Shown here: positions 43,615 through 55,600 of the stretch, piece after piece
Layout: each line of letters starts with the position of its first letter
Numbering within the stretch: position 1 is the first letter of the stretch
From: the human T2T-CHM13v2.0 reference genome, Homo sapiens
Reading direction: 5' to 3' (one strand)
Length of the DNA stretch: 64,000 nt
NCBI RefSeq assembly: GCF_009914755.1
Contig: NC_060934.1
Program-made: the position numbers and the translations under genes
The notes under the pieces: generated by a model
Database searches by the model: none
The model's input: only the letters and a program-made list of their open reading frames with translations
What the model was told of the DNA's origin: nothing

Positions 43615-44647
43615 TCCAAGTGAGATTTTTTAATAGCATGAGTTGAATCCAAAGAAACTGCTGGTCCATGAAATGACCAGCCCACTCTGAAGGTGACAAA
43701 CTAACTGCCGGACAGGCACCTTCCTTACCCCACCTTGCCATTTCACGCACATGACCTACTATTCACACCTGGAGCCCCACAGGAAGCACAGAGCAGTTAA
43801 CACTGGCTGGGTGGAGAAAAGATATTTGAACATTTCAATCAGAAGACATTTGGTGATGCTGTACGCACATGCGTACTGTGCCTGGCCCCTAGTGGGTGCT
43901 CAGTCAGTATCTGTGAATGAATATCCTAGGAGGACATGATTAATTACCACCCCATTGCCAGGGCCTGGGGTCAGGAACATGCTCAAACATCACAGCAGAT
44001 CTGCCACCCAGCTGCACCTGGTCCAGTTACCACAGCTGCTGCTGACTGAGCACCCACAAGAAACCAAACAGGATGCCACCAAGCAAGTCGACAGCCCTGG
44101 TCACTGACCGGCAAACGCACCCATTCCTCAGGGACCTGGGAGGGTGAAGGGAGCTATGATGATGACGTGTGCACAGAGGGAAGGGCAGACACAGTTCCTT
44201 TTCCTCAACAAATATGCTCCTCGGAATGTGGCCTGTCATGCCCACGTTCACTGTGGTTTATGTACTGAGGCCTCAGTAGAGGAGAATTCAAACCTGAGCG
44301 ACCCTTCTCAACAGGCTTCACCTGGGCAGGGTGGCTGGGGCAGCACTGGGCCCCCACCCTGGCTGCCCATCAGGCAAGGCAGTTTTTTTCTTCCTTCTCC
44401 AGGAAGAGAAAGTAGGTCTTAAATAGAAAGTAAATATTTTACTGAGCGTTTCTTGGAGTGACCTAATACGTAGTAACATCCCACAGACTAAAATTAACCT
44501 CGTGAACAGTTTTCAGTTCATTGCTTTGGGCCCCAGGAATCAATGAGAAAGAAGACGGCTGCTCCCAAACTAAGCCAGCCCCACCAGCCACTCCCCTTCC
44601 CTACCACAGGGCACGACATCTTCCAGGTATTTTTAACATAGCACCAT

Positions 44648-45085
<438 letters not shown>

Positions 45086-47637
45086 TGGGAGAGAAGTCCA
45101 GCATTTCTTTCCATCCCTTCTTTGCCACACTTCCTTGTTTTGCCTCTACTAAGCTCTAGGAGGGCAGGACCATCTCTCCTTGGGCCGAGCCTCAGTGTTT
45201 GAAAGGAAGAAAGACATTCACGACCTTCCAGTGGGACCTCTCTGGTCACCAGCCACCAAAGTGAGCACAGCAGTTAGCTCAGTGCTTTCAAAGTGCGCTG
45301 CCGGGGCCCCTAGAGCAAAACTTTGGATCTGAGCCAGGACCCTGACATGCCAAGTAACCACCAGGTTGCAAAACTCCCAGCTACAGGCGTGACCAAAAAG
45401 GTGGTCCATGTGCTGCTGCAGCCCCCTTCCCACTAACCACAGCGAACCCAGGCTCTCCCTCCCACCTTGCCCGCTGCTCTAGAAAACAAAAGAGAATTAG
45501 GAAAGTAAACTCCTTTTTAAGCTTCCTTGCTGAGAAATATTTTAAAAGACTGCTCTGAGGGGCCAAGTAACATACGGGATTTGCTTCTAAGCTCTCGGGC
45601 CCGACTGGGACACAACCAGGGACCCAAAAGCACAACTGGGTTGAGTCATAACCCCCCTCCCTTCATCCTCTACGGACATGAGAGCCTCAACTAAGACATT
45701 CTCGAATTTACCACAGGAGTGTCTTCCTTTGCCCACTATTTGGAGCCATGTGGCCAATTTAGGATAGAAAAATATTACCCACTATTCAAGGCCTTCCTTA
45801 AATGCTGAGGAAGACATCACTGCAGACACAATTCCAACTTTAATTGTGAAATCTCCTGGCTTTTGTCACTTGAAGCCTCATTCTTAATCCCAGGCTTAGC
45901 TGAGAAATGAGAAGGATGTGTGCAAGTGGAGGAAAAAGAATCCTCAACCCTGAGTGAAAAGCATGCGCCGTGGAGGAGCGAGGAGAATGGACACTCTGAA
46001 GATGCTAGGGCTGGGAAACAGGGTGCTGGGGAAAACTGGCTCGCTGGCCTCAGAGCTGCGGCAGGTCCACCACTGCGCCGTGTTCTGCTGGAGGAACCTG
46101 GATGCCAGCTCAGTGGATCTTCTGCCCAGCGCAAAGGATCCCTGAAACCTGGAACAGGACAGGGGACACACCATAGACACGACATGGGCTCTGGAAGACC
46201 ACTCACAAGGCCCGGCTCACAGGAAATGACCATTCATGGGAACCTGCACGCCGCAGTCATTCTCATGCTTAGATGCCACTTTCCAAGCAACAGCCTCTGA
46301 GAAAGCAGCTTCCCCCTTCTCAGTGTCCCAGTGAGGCACCACAGAAAGGAGAGGGCTGGCCCAGGGATGATCCTGGCCCCACCACCCTCTTCCAGGTGGA
46401 GTGAAGTGGAAGGAGACCTGTTTAAAAACTGCAGGGGGCACTTAAAATAGGCTGACTCTATTCATACCCAAGCTGGAGGTGAGCCAGGACACCGGGACTC
46501 ACATGACTGATTTGTCAAGAGACTCCTCCCAGCACTTCCTTGAGTCATCCACAAGACAGAGCAGAATCCAAAGGCCAAGATGGAGGCGGGGGGCACCCAA
46601 CATCCACACCACCCCCGGCCCCACCAGAGCCCCAGCGGAAACCAAGGATTTCCAGAATACACATGTGCTCACAAGTGTACACACGTGTTCACAAAAAGAA
46701 GAGAAGGGTTGTAGAATAGGAAGGTAATCTTATAAAGAAAAGCCTGTTTTTCAGGAAAACCTTCACCTTGTGGGGACCTTACCCTCTATGGAAAGCCAAG
46801 GTCAACCTGGGAGCTCCCGCATCACCTGCTCCGGGTACTCTTCCGGTGGAGCGGGGCTGGTCTCTGGATTTGAAGACACACCCAACTCTGTGCCATTCCC
46901 TGTCAGTTCTCTGATAGCCTCTTTGAAAAGAAGGCTGTTCCCTTTGTTCAGGAGTATTAATTCAAATTCCTTTCTAAGGCCCACACCACACGGATGCAGG
47001 GGAGCGACCCAAAGGAAGTTCACCCGGCAAAACCTAGTTTCTCCCTGGTTTTCACAGGAGTGGTGCAAACAGACTATCACAGTTAGGAGAAATCCTAAGC
47101 ATCTTCCCTGTCTCTTGACCCCCAACTCCCCAACGTGGAACCCACAAACCAGATCCTATTTCAGGTGTGCACATGGCTCCAGTTGAATGCCAGAGGCAAC
47201 CAGAGTTGGGGAGGGGTGCATCCCATGGACCCAAGCCCTCCCTCGAGGGAGATGGGGGGTGGAGGGCAACTGAGATCACACTATCCCAGACCACAAACAT
47301 GGTCTTACCTATTGATGAAATGATACCTGGCCACTAAATCCAATTTTACCACATGAAACCCTAAGCACTGTGAAAGCTACACACATAACCCCAGGAGAGT
47401 GTGCCCATGCATTCTTGGAGTGTGGGGTGGTGCTGCATCAGAGACACACAGATGAGGGCAAGGGAGAAACAGCTTGGGAGGAAAGAAGGAGTCTAGTCTT
47501 GGTTAGTGTGGCAAAGCCATCCCCAGACATTCCCGTGTCCCAGTCAAAGGCCACAAGAAGCCTCGGTCAGCCACAGAGAAGCCAGAGCCAGGCGAAGTTG
47601 GTAGTAACTAGCCAGACTTAATTACCTAAGCTCCCTG

Positions 47638-48068
47638 GCCCTGACTCTTCATTGGTAAAACAGTGACTAACTATCACCTGTGCCTCTGCGAGGACAGCGC
47701 TGTGCTTGGCCAGGGCTGGAGAGCCGATCTCAAGGCAGGTGTCTGGCCTTTTCCCGGACATAGTGAGTCTGTGATCCAGAGTCTGACCCACGTATTCAAC
47801 GGGGCCTGCCTCACTTCCTGCTCTAGGATGTTTTACATTCACTGCACTTTTGGAGTGAATATTCACAACAGCCTGGCTCCTGTTTGGAAGCCTGAGGCAG
47901 GCCCCGTTGAATACGTGGGTCAGACTCTGGATCACAGACTCACTATGTCCAGGAAAAGGCCAGACACCTGCCTTGAGATCGGCTCTCCAGCCCTGGCCAA
48001 GCACAGCGCTGTCCTCGCAGAGGCACAGGTGATAGTTAGTCACTGTTTTACCAATGAAGAGTCAGGGC
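47638..48068. repeat. Long near-perfect inverted repeat: arms 47638-47813 and 47893-48068 (176 bp each), 79-bp spacer
   Basis: Base-by-base comparison shows the arms are reverse complements except 47755(C)/47951(A). The opposite-strand ORFs 47663+ and 48043- share an identical N-terminal translation. Confidence 0.98.
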
Positions 48069-48239
48069 AACGCAACAACACACAATGGCCCAGCGAGCTA
48101 GTGCCAGACACTAAGTAAGTGCTCAAGAAATGGTTGCTCTCTAGTTACTTGAATAACAGGTAGAGCGCACTTGAATGGCTGCATAAGTTTCTGGAGCACC
48201 AAATTAAGTCTGCAAAACATAGAGGCGAACACAGAAATT

Positions 48240-49610
48240 CCTCCATGGAGAAGACGAGGGCAAGACGAAACGGGCCAGATCGCACCGTCCTACCACTCTG
48301 CGCTCGGACAACCTCTAGTCACATGCCTCGCCAGGCTTCAGGTGTTGGGAGCCGCCGGGGTGAACAGCAGAGAACGCAGCAGAGGCGCGCAAATGTCACT
48401 CGTCCTCGACGTGGAGTTCTGCTGAAGGTCTCAGTGGCCCTCGCTGTTTCCCACAGCAACTGCCACTGCGCTATTTGTACTACAAGGAAAACACCCAGAT
48501 TCGAAGGTTATCCAAGAACCGTGGTCACCCCCAAACACTGCCCAGGAGACGAGATCCCAAGCCGGTCAAGTGGAAATGATGCCGCTGTTTACCGTTTGCT
48601 TGCAACTCAGCCACCATCGCGCAGTCAATCAACGAACCTCACCACTCACCACGACCCCAGGAGTCCCCATGAGTGCCCGGAGTCCGCGACCGCTGCGGGG
48701 TGGAGGCGGCTCTGGCCTGGTGCAACCAGGTCCCCGCCCCTGCTCTGAGCCTCGAGTGCGGGCTGGGGGCCAACCTGGTGTCCCGCGTGGTCTCGAGGCT
48801 CCTACCTTGCCGGGGCCTCGCGGACCGGAGAGGGGCCGGCGACCCTGCTGGCTTGAGGCGGCGTCTAGCTGGACCCCCGCCGCCCCGGGTCCGAGCGGCC
48901 CCGCCCAGCACAAAGGCCAGCGGGAGGAAGGAGGAAGTGGGCACGGAGCGGGGGGAGGGGGCAGGGCCCATTCTCACACCTCTCAACGACTTCCCCGCGG
49001 CGGGAAGCGGCTCCATTTACAAGTGTAAAGGCGAGGCGCGAGGTGGGGGGGCCCGGGGGTGTCAGATACCGCGGCCCGCGGAGGGGCCAGGGTGGGGCCG
49101 CCAAGTGCCCTGCGGGGGGAAGAGGGCACAGCTGGGGCGGGGCCGCGCCGCCAGGTGTTCTGGCCCGCGGGGGCGGGGCCTCCAGGTCCACCCGCCGGGA
49201 GGAGAGGGGCGAACCCCAGGGATGGAGGGGGCTTCACCTGGGGCTCGGGAGCCAGGAACCCCGGGACCCCGGGACCCCAGAAGCCCGGACGCCAGGAGGC
49301 CCGTCCTTGCAGCAGGGTGGGGCACCCCCGCGGTCCGGGAAATGCAGGAGACCCCGCCCCCTCCAGGTAGAGCGCGGCCAGGTGTGGCGGACTGGCGCTC
49401 CCCGCAACAGAAGGTCGCGCAGGACACCGGAAGTCGTCCTGGAGTCAGTCTGAGCGGATCGCAGGGGTTCCAGGCGCCCCAGGCCCCCCACACCGCGAGT
49501 CACAGGAACAAGGAGGAAAAACAGCCTCTTTATGACTTGGGGGAGGCAATTCAATATTTCTTCCTGGCATAAAATAGGAATTGCTCTATTTACCCAGCCC
49601 GCAGGAGCGT
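48240..49610. promoter_or_regulatory. Intronic CpG island (possible alternative promoter or enhancer)
   Basis: Abrupt rise in GC and CpG content with multiple GC boxes (e.g. GGGGCGGGGC near 49134 and 49171). Confidence 0.8.
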
Positions 49611-52600
49611 CGTGAAGATTAATGACTGTGAAATGTTTTTAAGATCAAAAACATTCCCAGATTTTACTTGTAGGCACTTATATGTGCATATTGGTATCTG
49701 TACAGCAAAATATACTCTTTATTGATTGCCCTCCTAGTGTGACTTCTATTCCGTAATCTGAAAGCCCCGAGATAAAGGAATCAGGTCTGTCTCTGCCTGC
49801 TCCTGAAACACTAGGAAATATGGGTAGGAAATGTCAGGTCAGCTGGGCATCTACGCTGAGCCTCTATCCAGTCCGCAGGGCAGATAGAGCAATCCAGAGT
49901 GCGGACCACAGCTGAACGTCTGGAGAAAGGGAAAAAACTTTAAGATTATTGGTCACCCCCCACTGGGAAGAAAACACAGTATCCTCCCCAGCTCATTAGG
50001 AGGTGCTCCCAAAGCCTGAGTCTCCATCAGGGTCTCGGGTGTTTGCAGAGCCTTGGCTGGCACTGGGAGCCAATGGTCAGCCAAGTTCTGCCTGTGCCAG
50101 GAGCCCACGCAGCCCATCTGGCCCGGCAGCTCCAACAGCAAGGCCTCCCTGTTCCGAGCAGAGTAAGGCCACATGACCGCACAGAGGACAATGTTGGGCT
50201 TCCCAGGGGTGTCTCCACTCCAGGCTGAACATTCTCAGTTCCCTCAACCGTTCCTGGGACATGGCTTTAAGAGCTCTCTCGGGCCCTGCCCGCTGCTGGC
50301 GCTGGCTGTACTCCAGGTGGGCAGGCCTGGGAGCTGGCTGCAGCAACACCAAGTGGGGTGTCCAGGATCCAGATGGATTTGCAAGCACTGCCCCCACCCG
50401 TTCCCTTGGTCTCCCTGGACCTGAACAAGCAGCGGATAAGCCGACTGTGTTTGCACTTCTAGACTGCACGAAAGACCATCCATCAGCAAAATAATAAACT
50501 CACAGCTAGAGCTCATTTAAAAGGAAAGGTGCACAAACTCCTGGCCTTTCACCCCCTCCAGCAGAGAAACCTCGAATGCTCTGTTTTCCCCTCCAAACTC
50601 TTCTCCTCTCATTTCCCCTCTCCACCCTCCCGCTGCCACACACACACCTGCGGCAGGTACAATACTATCACTTCCAGGTTAGATTCTGGCCACTTACACC
50701 ATAAAATGATTCTTTGCTAGCCTCATTTTATAGATGAGATTTTTAAATTCCATCTTGGAAAAAGAAAAGCCCCATTAGGCCAGAGGAGTTGATCTCCCTC
50801 CACGGTCTAGGTCTTCGGTTCCTTCCAGAGAAACTTCCTCAGGTTCCATGACTCCATAATAAAGTTTTTGTTTGTCCTGGGACGGGACAGATTGCTGGAG
50901 GCCAGATTTCAGGCATGGCTGGAGCACAGCCACGATAAGCTGGACTTTACAAGCCCTGAGCTTGCTTGTGCTGCAGGAAGACCTACACACACTGTCTCTG
51001 TGACACATCCTTTAACGTGGCCCTTCCAGGCTTCTGCCACAACGTGGGCTGGAATGAGACACAGAAATATTGCCACTATTTCCAGACAATCTTTAAGGCA
51101 GCTGACAGTTTCTTTTAGTCATAATTAAGGATTTGTTTTAATGCAAGAAGCACATTTCTGCTGATCAGAGGAGAGCTTTGGAGGAAGCACAAATCAGCAA
51201 TACAATGGAAGGTAAGTATTTTTGTATTTTATAAATGAGAAGGATTTTTAGAACCCCACGGATGAAAAGCCCAGCCCTCCCTCTCCCCCCTCACCCCTGC
51301 CTCCAGGGCTTTTCTGGACTCACAGAAGGCAACAAAACCAAAGGCAAGGCTGGCCACCACCAGGATCAGGGGCAGACAACAGCAGCTATTCAGGGTTCCC
51401 ATCCTTTAAACACCAACCGATCTTTGGGAAAAACGAAGTCTCTATTATTACCTAGGACAAAAGTCACAATTCTCTATAGAAACAAAATCATCACTTGTCC
51501 CATTCATAAGATCCCAACCATTTCATCACAATTTTTGTGAATATTAAGCCAACTCTAGGCAACCATCTGTTAAATTTAGTTAGGTAAACAGCTAAAGCAG
51601 ATCACTTTCTAAAACATTCACTGAGGGAGGGACTAGGCATATACACATGCAAACTACAACTGGTTCTCACCGAGTGTCGTTGCTAAAAAAACTGAACAGG
51701 CTTCAGACACCAACAATGGTTAATGATCTACATATTATCTACATATTCCACTTAAGGTGAGGGTTAGAAAGTGAGGGGCCAGGAATGCACCTCCCTTAAG
51801 CTACAGAGTTGGTTCCACTTTGGGACCTCGGCTCCCACGTGGAAGGAGAAGGGCTTTGTGAATGGGGGAGGAGCTTTTTCCGAAATGGCAGCAGCTACGC
51901 AAAACATGAACATCCAGCAAAAACTTATTTTAGCTGCATTCTCCCTAATGCTACCAACAGATTAAAAACTACTTTAAAGTCAGGAGAGGAGTAAAAATAA
52001 ACACAACTTCCTCCTGTGACTTAAGATGCCTCCTTTCTGAAGTTGAATATCATTTCCTAAAATCACATTTCGAGGGGGTAGAAAAGGTCTGTTTACTTTC
52101 CTTGAGGAACTCTTACTATCTGCTGTTAAAATCGTTCCTCAAAAAAGCAGATTACTGAGAAGAGAAAGCACACGACGTTCCTTAGCAGTCCAGAAAAGAC
52201 CACCTTCTAAGAAAAACTCTGGAAAGGGGGCAGGCCAAATCTCCATGCCCGGCAAAGACGGATGAATGTGCCCCTGGTTCCCATCCCGTCCACAGCTCCT
52301 GAAGTTTCTGTGTTCTCCAGCAGTCAGAAGAATGAAGGCGAAACTAGCCCTTGGCTCCCATGGTCAACATTCCACACAAACAATGGCCTGGCTCTCTCCC
52401 TATTGTACATTCTGTATTCATTTGTGAATCCCCCCTTTTTTTTTTTACACAATGTGCAAAGCCCTTCTTTTCACAGGCGAAGTTCTGAATGCCCAAGTGC
52501 AGCCATAATTTAGGCTTTAAACATTAATAATGATAGCTAAAAGCAAACTCCAGATTATGCCCAAACATTAATTTGTGAATATCATTAGAGTCACACTGAT

Positions 52601-55600
52601 GGCTTTTGGATACTCTCCATTAAATCATGATCAAAAGGGCCACTGAACACCTTTAAAATGGTTCTTAAGTTTTTAGCAATTATTAAATATAATTTTCCAA
52701 ACCCCAAGATAGGATTAAAAAAAAAAAAACTCTTTCATAAGTCTTTGATACATATTCCATCAAACACAGACTTGAATGAAAATTAACTTCAAAAGATGAG
52801 GTGGGGAGGAGAAGCCTTGCATTTTCCCTTCTTTCCAGGAGTGCTGTAACTTTAACTTGCAGCAGCGTAAATTAAGACATGCTTACCAGCTGTAAGGGAG
52901 AAAACTGATATCTGCCAGGCCGCACAGTCTCTAAAAGTGTATCCATTCCAGCATTTCATGTGCCCACTAAAAGTTTTCAGCAGGGTAAGTTCACACAAGC
53001 ATTCCTCCCCTAGCAATTCATAGAAAGATTGCTGGGGAAAAGACACCCCGAGATTTCACCACATGGGTCACTTCCATTAAGTACAAATACTTCTTTTTCC
53101 AGGGACAGACACACTGCCCTCCCATTTTTTAGTTACTACAAAAATATGTTCCACCCTGTGTAACAGACCTACCATCCCAAAGTGGAAATATTACCTGAGC
53201 TGTGCCCTGCCCAACTGATAAATTTCCCTTCCCAACCATGTGCTGTATGAATATATATTTGTGGCCTGATTCAGGGCCACAGGACACTAGGGCTGCTGCT
53301 TTTCCCTGATAGATTAACAGAGGGACCCAGGCTGCATGCACATACATTATGATGACAGCCCCTCTCTATGGAAATGACAGTGGTAAAAAAATGACAACTG
53401 GGGCTGCCATTCTACCATTGCTGTAAACTCTTTAAATTTTTTCCATTTAGGGAAAGCGTTAAGTGCAAAGGGTATAACTTTGCTTTCAAAAATGATTCAT
53501 GATGTTAGTGAACTGTTGGCAAATGGCATTCTGGTGCTAGATCTCAGCAGGGCTACTCCCTCACTCAGAGGTGTCCTTTTCGGTTTTTTTTCAATCCGTG
53601 AATCTCAAGGATTTCAAATAGTGTGAGCTGTTTGTATTTTAACAGCAATGGTAACAATAAAAATATCATTTTAAAATCCAGTGCACTGCTTGTTCAGTAC
53701 ATACTATATATATTCATCATTTCTTTGCCTTGTAGCTGGCTACTCAGAAACTAAAAAGTTGTAGGTTGATTTTCTGGTTTTGTTGTTTGTTGTTGCTGTT
53801 TGTTTGTTTCATTTAATCTCTCTTTGAAACATTTTCCAGACTTAAAAAGTAAAATTTCTGGAGTTTTAAAAGTTAAGACTGAAGTTATTGATTATTCTCT
53901 GAAAGGGTAACTGACAAACTAGTTAATAATTATACAGATAGCAAGTTTTACCGTTTCATCTTGTGTACACGACCAGATTAACAATGGCAGGGAAAGCACA
54001 CACAACTTGGCAGGGACAGGAACAGGTGTGCCCCGACTCTCAAAAGGCCAAAATATCTCACCAAGTATGTCACTGGCGTGTTTTTTACAATGGCAGTAGT
54101 GTTTGTTTTTAACTAGCCAAACGTTCTTACTTTCTTAACTTTAGAGAGATGTACTTTACGAATATCTTTCTCTTCACGGAATTGATGATTCAGTTCCACA
54201 CATAAATTGCAACTCGTGCAAGGAAATGATTTTTAGGGACAATGAGGCTTTTTAAAATCAGTTAAGAAAAGGTAATTCACCCTGCCCCTCCCCGCAGGAG
54301 AACACCCATTCAAGGGTCAGTTTCAAAGCTCCCAGGCGAAACCGTAAATAACTCACAGGGTTCTGCATTCAACCTGCAGACTCTTATTAAGGTACAATTA
54401 GAGAGGGGGTTGTCAGGTGGGGGTTAAAAAAAAAAAAAGAGCGGGGGGGAGTCGGTATTCTTTACCTTATCTTTCTGAACAGGAAAAAGAATTAAACCCA
54501 AACCACCTAGTCAGGTTCAAAACAAGCTCCAAACCCAAGATCTTTTAATTCCCTCTAATAACTGCTTTCCACAGGGATGTAACTGGGGTCCCCTACCCCT
54601 GGGGCACAAAAAACCAATCAGCGCCATAAATTCCCTTTGCCTTCAACCCTCTCTCCCTTTTACAGGGGGGCAGGGTAGGGGGAGGGGGTGACCCAACATC
54701 AACACTTACACTCTACAGAAATATGCTGGCTTATTTCCTTTGTTTGCTCATGTTATACTTGATCAAGTGTGAACGATTAAACTGGTTTCATTAAAGGCAA
54801 GTGCATTCACGGCTAACATCCAACTTCAATGGCAACTGTAAGCATATTTTGCAAGAAAGAGGGCCTGTTTTTTTGCTTGAAATCTACCATCTCATTAACT
54901 TTTCTTTTGGGGGCAATAAAAAGGGCACTAGGGGTTTTTCAGGAGAATGTCAGAGCAGTTCAGAGATCTGATGCCAGACAAAAGAATATTTAGCGTTTCA
55001 ACTCTACGATACAGTCTCTGCTAAAGAAAAAAATTCTGTTTCAACATTAAAGCAGCTATGACTGAAAATGTCTAATTAGCATTTTGACTATTACTTTATA
55101 ATTGCTGTAAGAAGTATCCTTTGAAATCAAGTGATTACAAAAACAAGATCCTTTAAAGTCTCATTACTTCAAAATAGAAAAGATTTATATTTAAAAAAAA
55201 AGGGGGGGGTTAAAAACCTCAGAATTCTCAAAGTACATGAAAACTACCCACTTCTACTTGGAAAACCCTCGAGGCAAAACAGCAATCTTAGGTACTGAAC
55301 ACGAGGTAATTTTTAAACTGTCTTCGAACCCAAACACCTAGTAGAGAAAGCTATCTTTTTTGAAAGGGTGGTATGAGTCGATATATTTCGCCCAAGTTAG
55401 AAAGGCAGAAAGAATCACTTTGTAAACTTCCCCAAAATATAACGTCCCCTCAAAATTATCCATGTCAGATAAAAATATACCAGTCTCTAGAATATCCAAC
55501 AGAATTGCAAATAAGGCGTTTAGCATTTTAAATTCCCAATGCATATTTATAGAATAGAATTCTCTTGTCTATCCTTCCAGCCACTCGCATCAGACTCTCT

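Noticed and set aside
46428-46443. CTCF-like motif actgcagggggcact (and a similar one near 58596-58611)
   Set aside because: Mismatches at key 5' core positions; cannot be supported without ChIP data.
47638-48068. Inverted repeat as a MITE or DNA transposon
   Set aside because: No target-site duplication or recognisable TIR ends; one arm is continuous with flanking MIR-like sequence; identity is too high for long-extinct primate DNA transposons.
47618-48118. Two 'paralogous' ORFs on opposite strands
   Set aside because: A by-product of the inverted repeat; both begin at GTG and show no protein homology.
48570-49572. 299-aa and other ORFs in the intronic CpG island
   Set aside because: Same GC-composition artefact.
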